24,949 nt of DNA from a virus (Duplodnaviria; Caudoviricetes): IMG/VR virus record IMGVR_UViG_3300035438_000486, positions 1 through 24,949 of that record; one strand, given 5' to 3'. Below the pieces are notes generated by a model. That model was not told the DNA's origin and did not search any database. It saw only the letters and a program-made list of their open reading frames with translations. Made by a program: the position numbers and the translations under genes. Shown here in pieces: positions 24,921-24,949 of the stretch. Numbering within the stretch: position 1 is the first letter of the stretch; each line of letters begins with the position of its first letter.

Positions 24921-24949
24921 GGTAAACCTCTAGTGTCAAATTATCGGAA

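Noticed and set aside
1-24949. Stop-codon reassignment or tRNA genes
   Set aside because: TAA, TGA and TAG all end well-coupled genes under the standard code, and intergenic gaps are too short or lack a cloverleaf.

Overview
A 25-kb segment of a tailed dsDNA phage or prophage with podovirus-like organisation; every credible gene is on the minus strand and most are tightly coupled (ATGA/TAATG/TGATG overlaps). Reading right to left: major capsid protein, probable decoration protein, head-tail adaptor, tail nozzle, five tail-fibre/adhesin genes, four large internal-virion (ejection) proteins, holin-like protein and M15C endolysin. Next is a stand-alone GT60/GlcNAc-transferase gene with its own promoter and terminator. 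A replication/early module follows: HTH proteins, Cas4-like PD-(D/E)xK nuclease, replication initiator with an internal iteron origin, primase-helicase, an AT-richer endonuclease cassette, small accessory genes and a C5 cytosine methyltransferase that runs off the left edge and is absent from the ORF track. The most unusual signal is in the methyltransferase variable region, which is built of 27-30 aa Gly-Val-bounded modules, each carrying its own sequence-unrelated DNA hairpin. Also notable are the GT60 moron beside a virion protein with a mucin-like Pro/Thr tract, and two identical TTGCGC-N17-TACTGT promoters. All family assignments come from motif recognition by eye; no database searches were run, and the host cannot be determined from this window.
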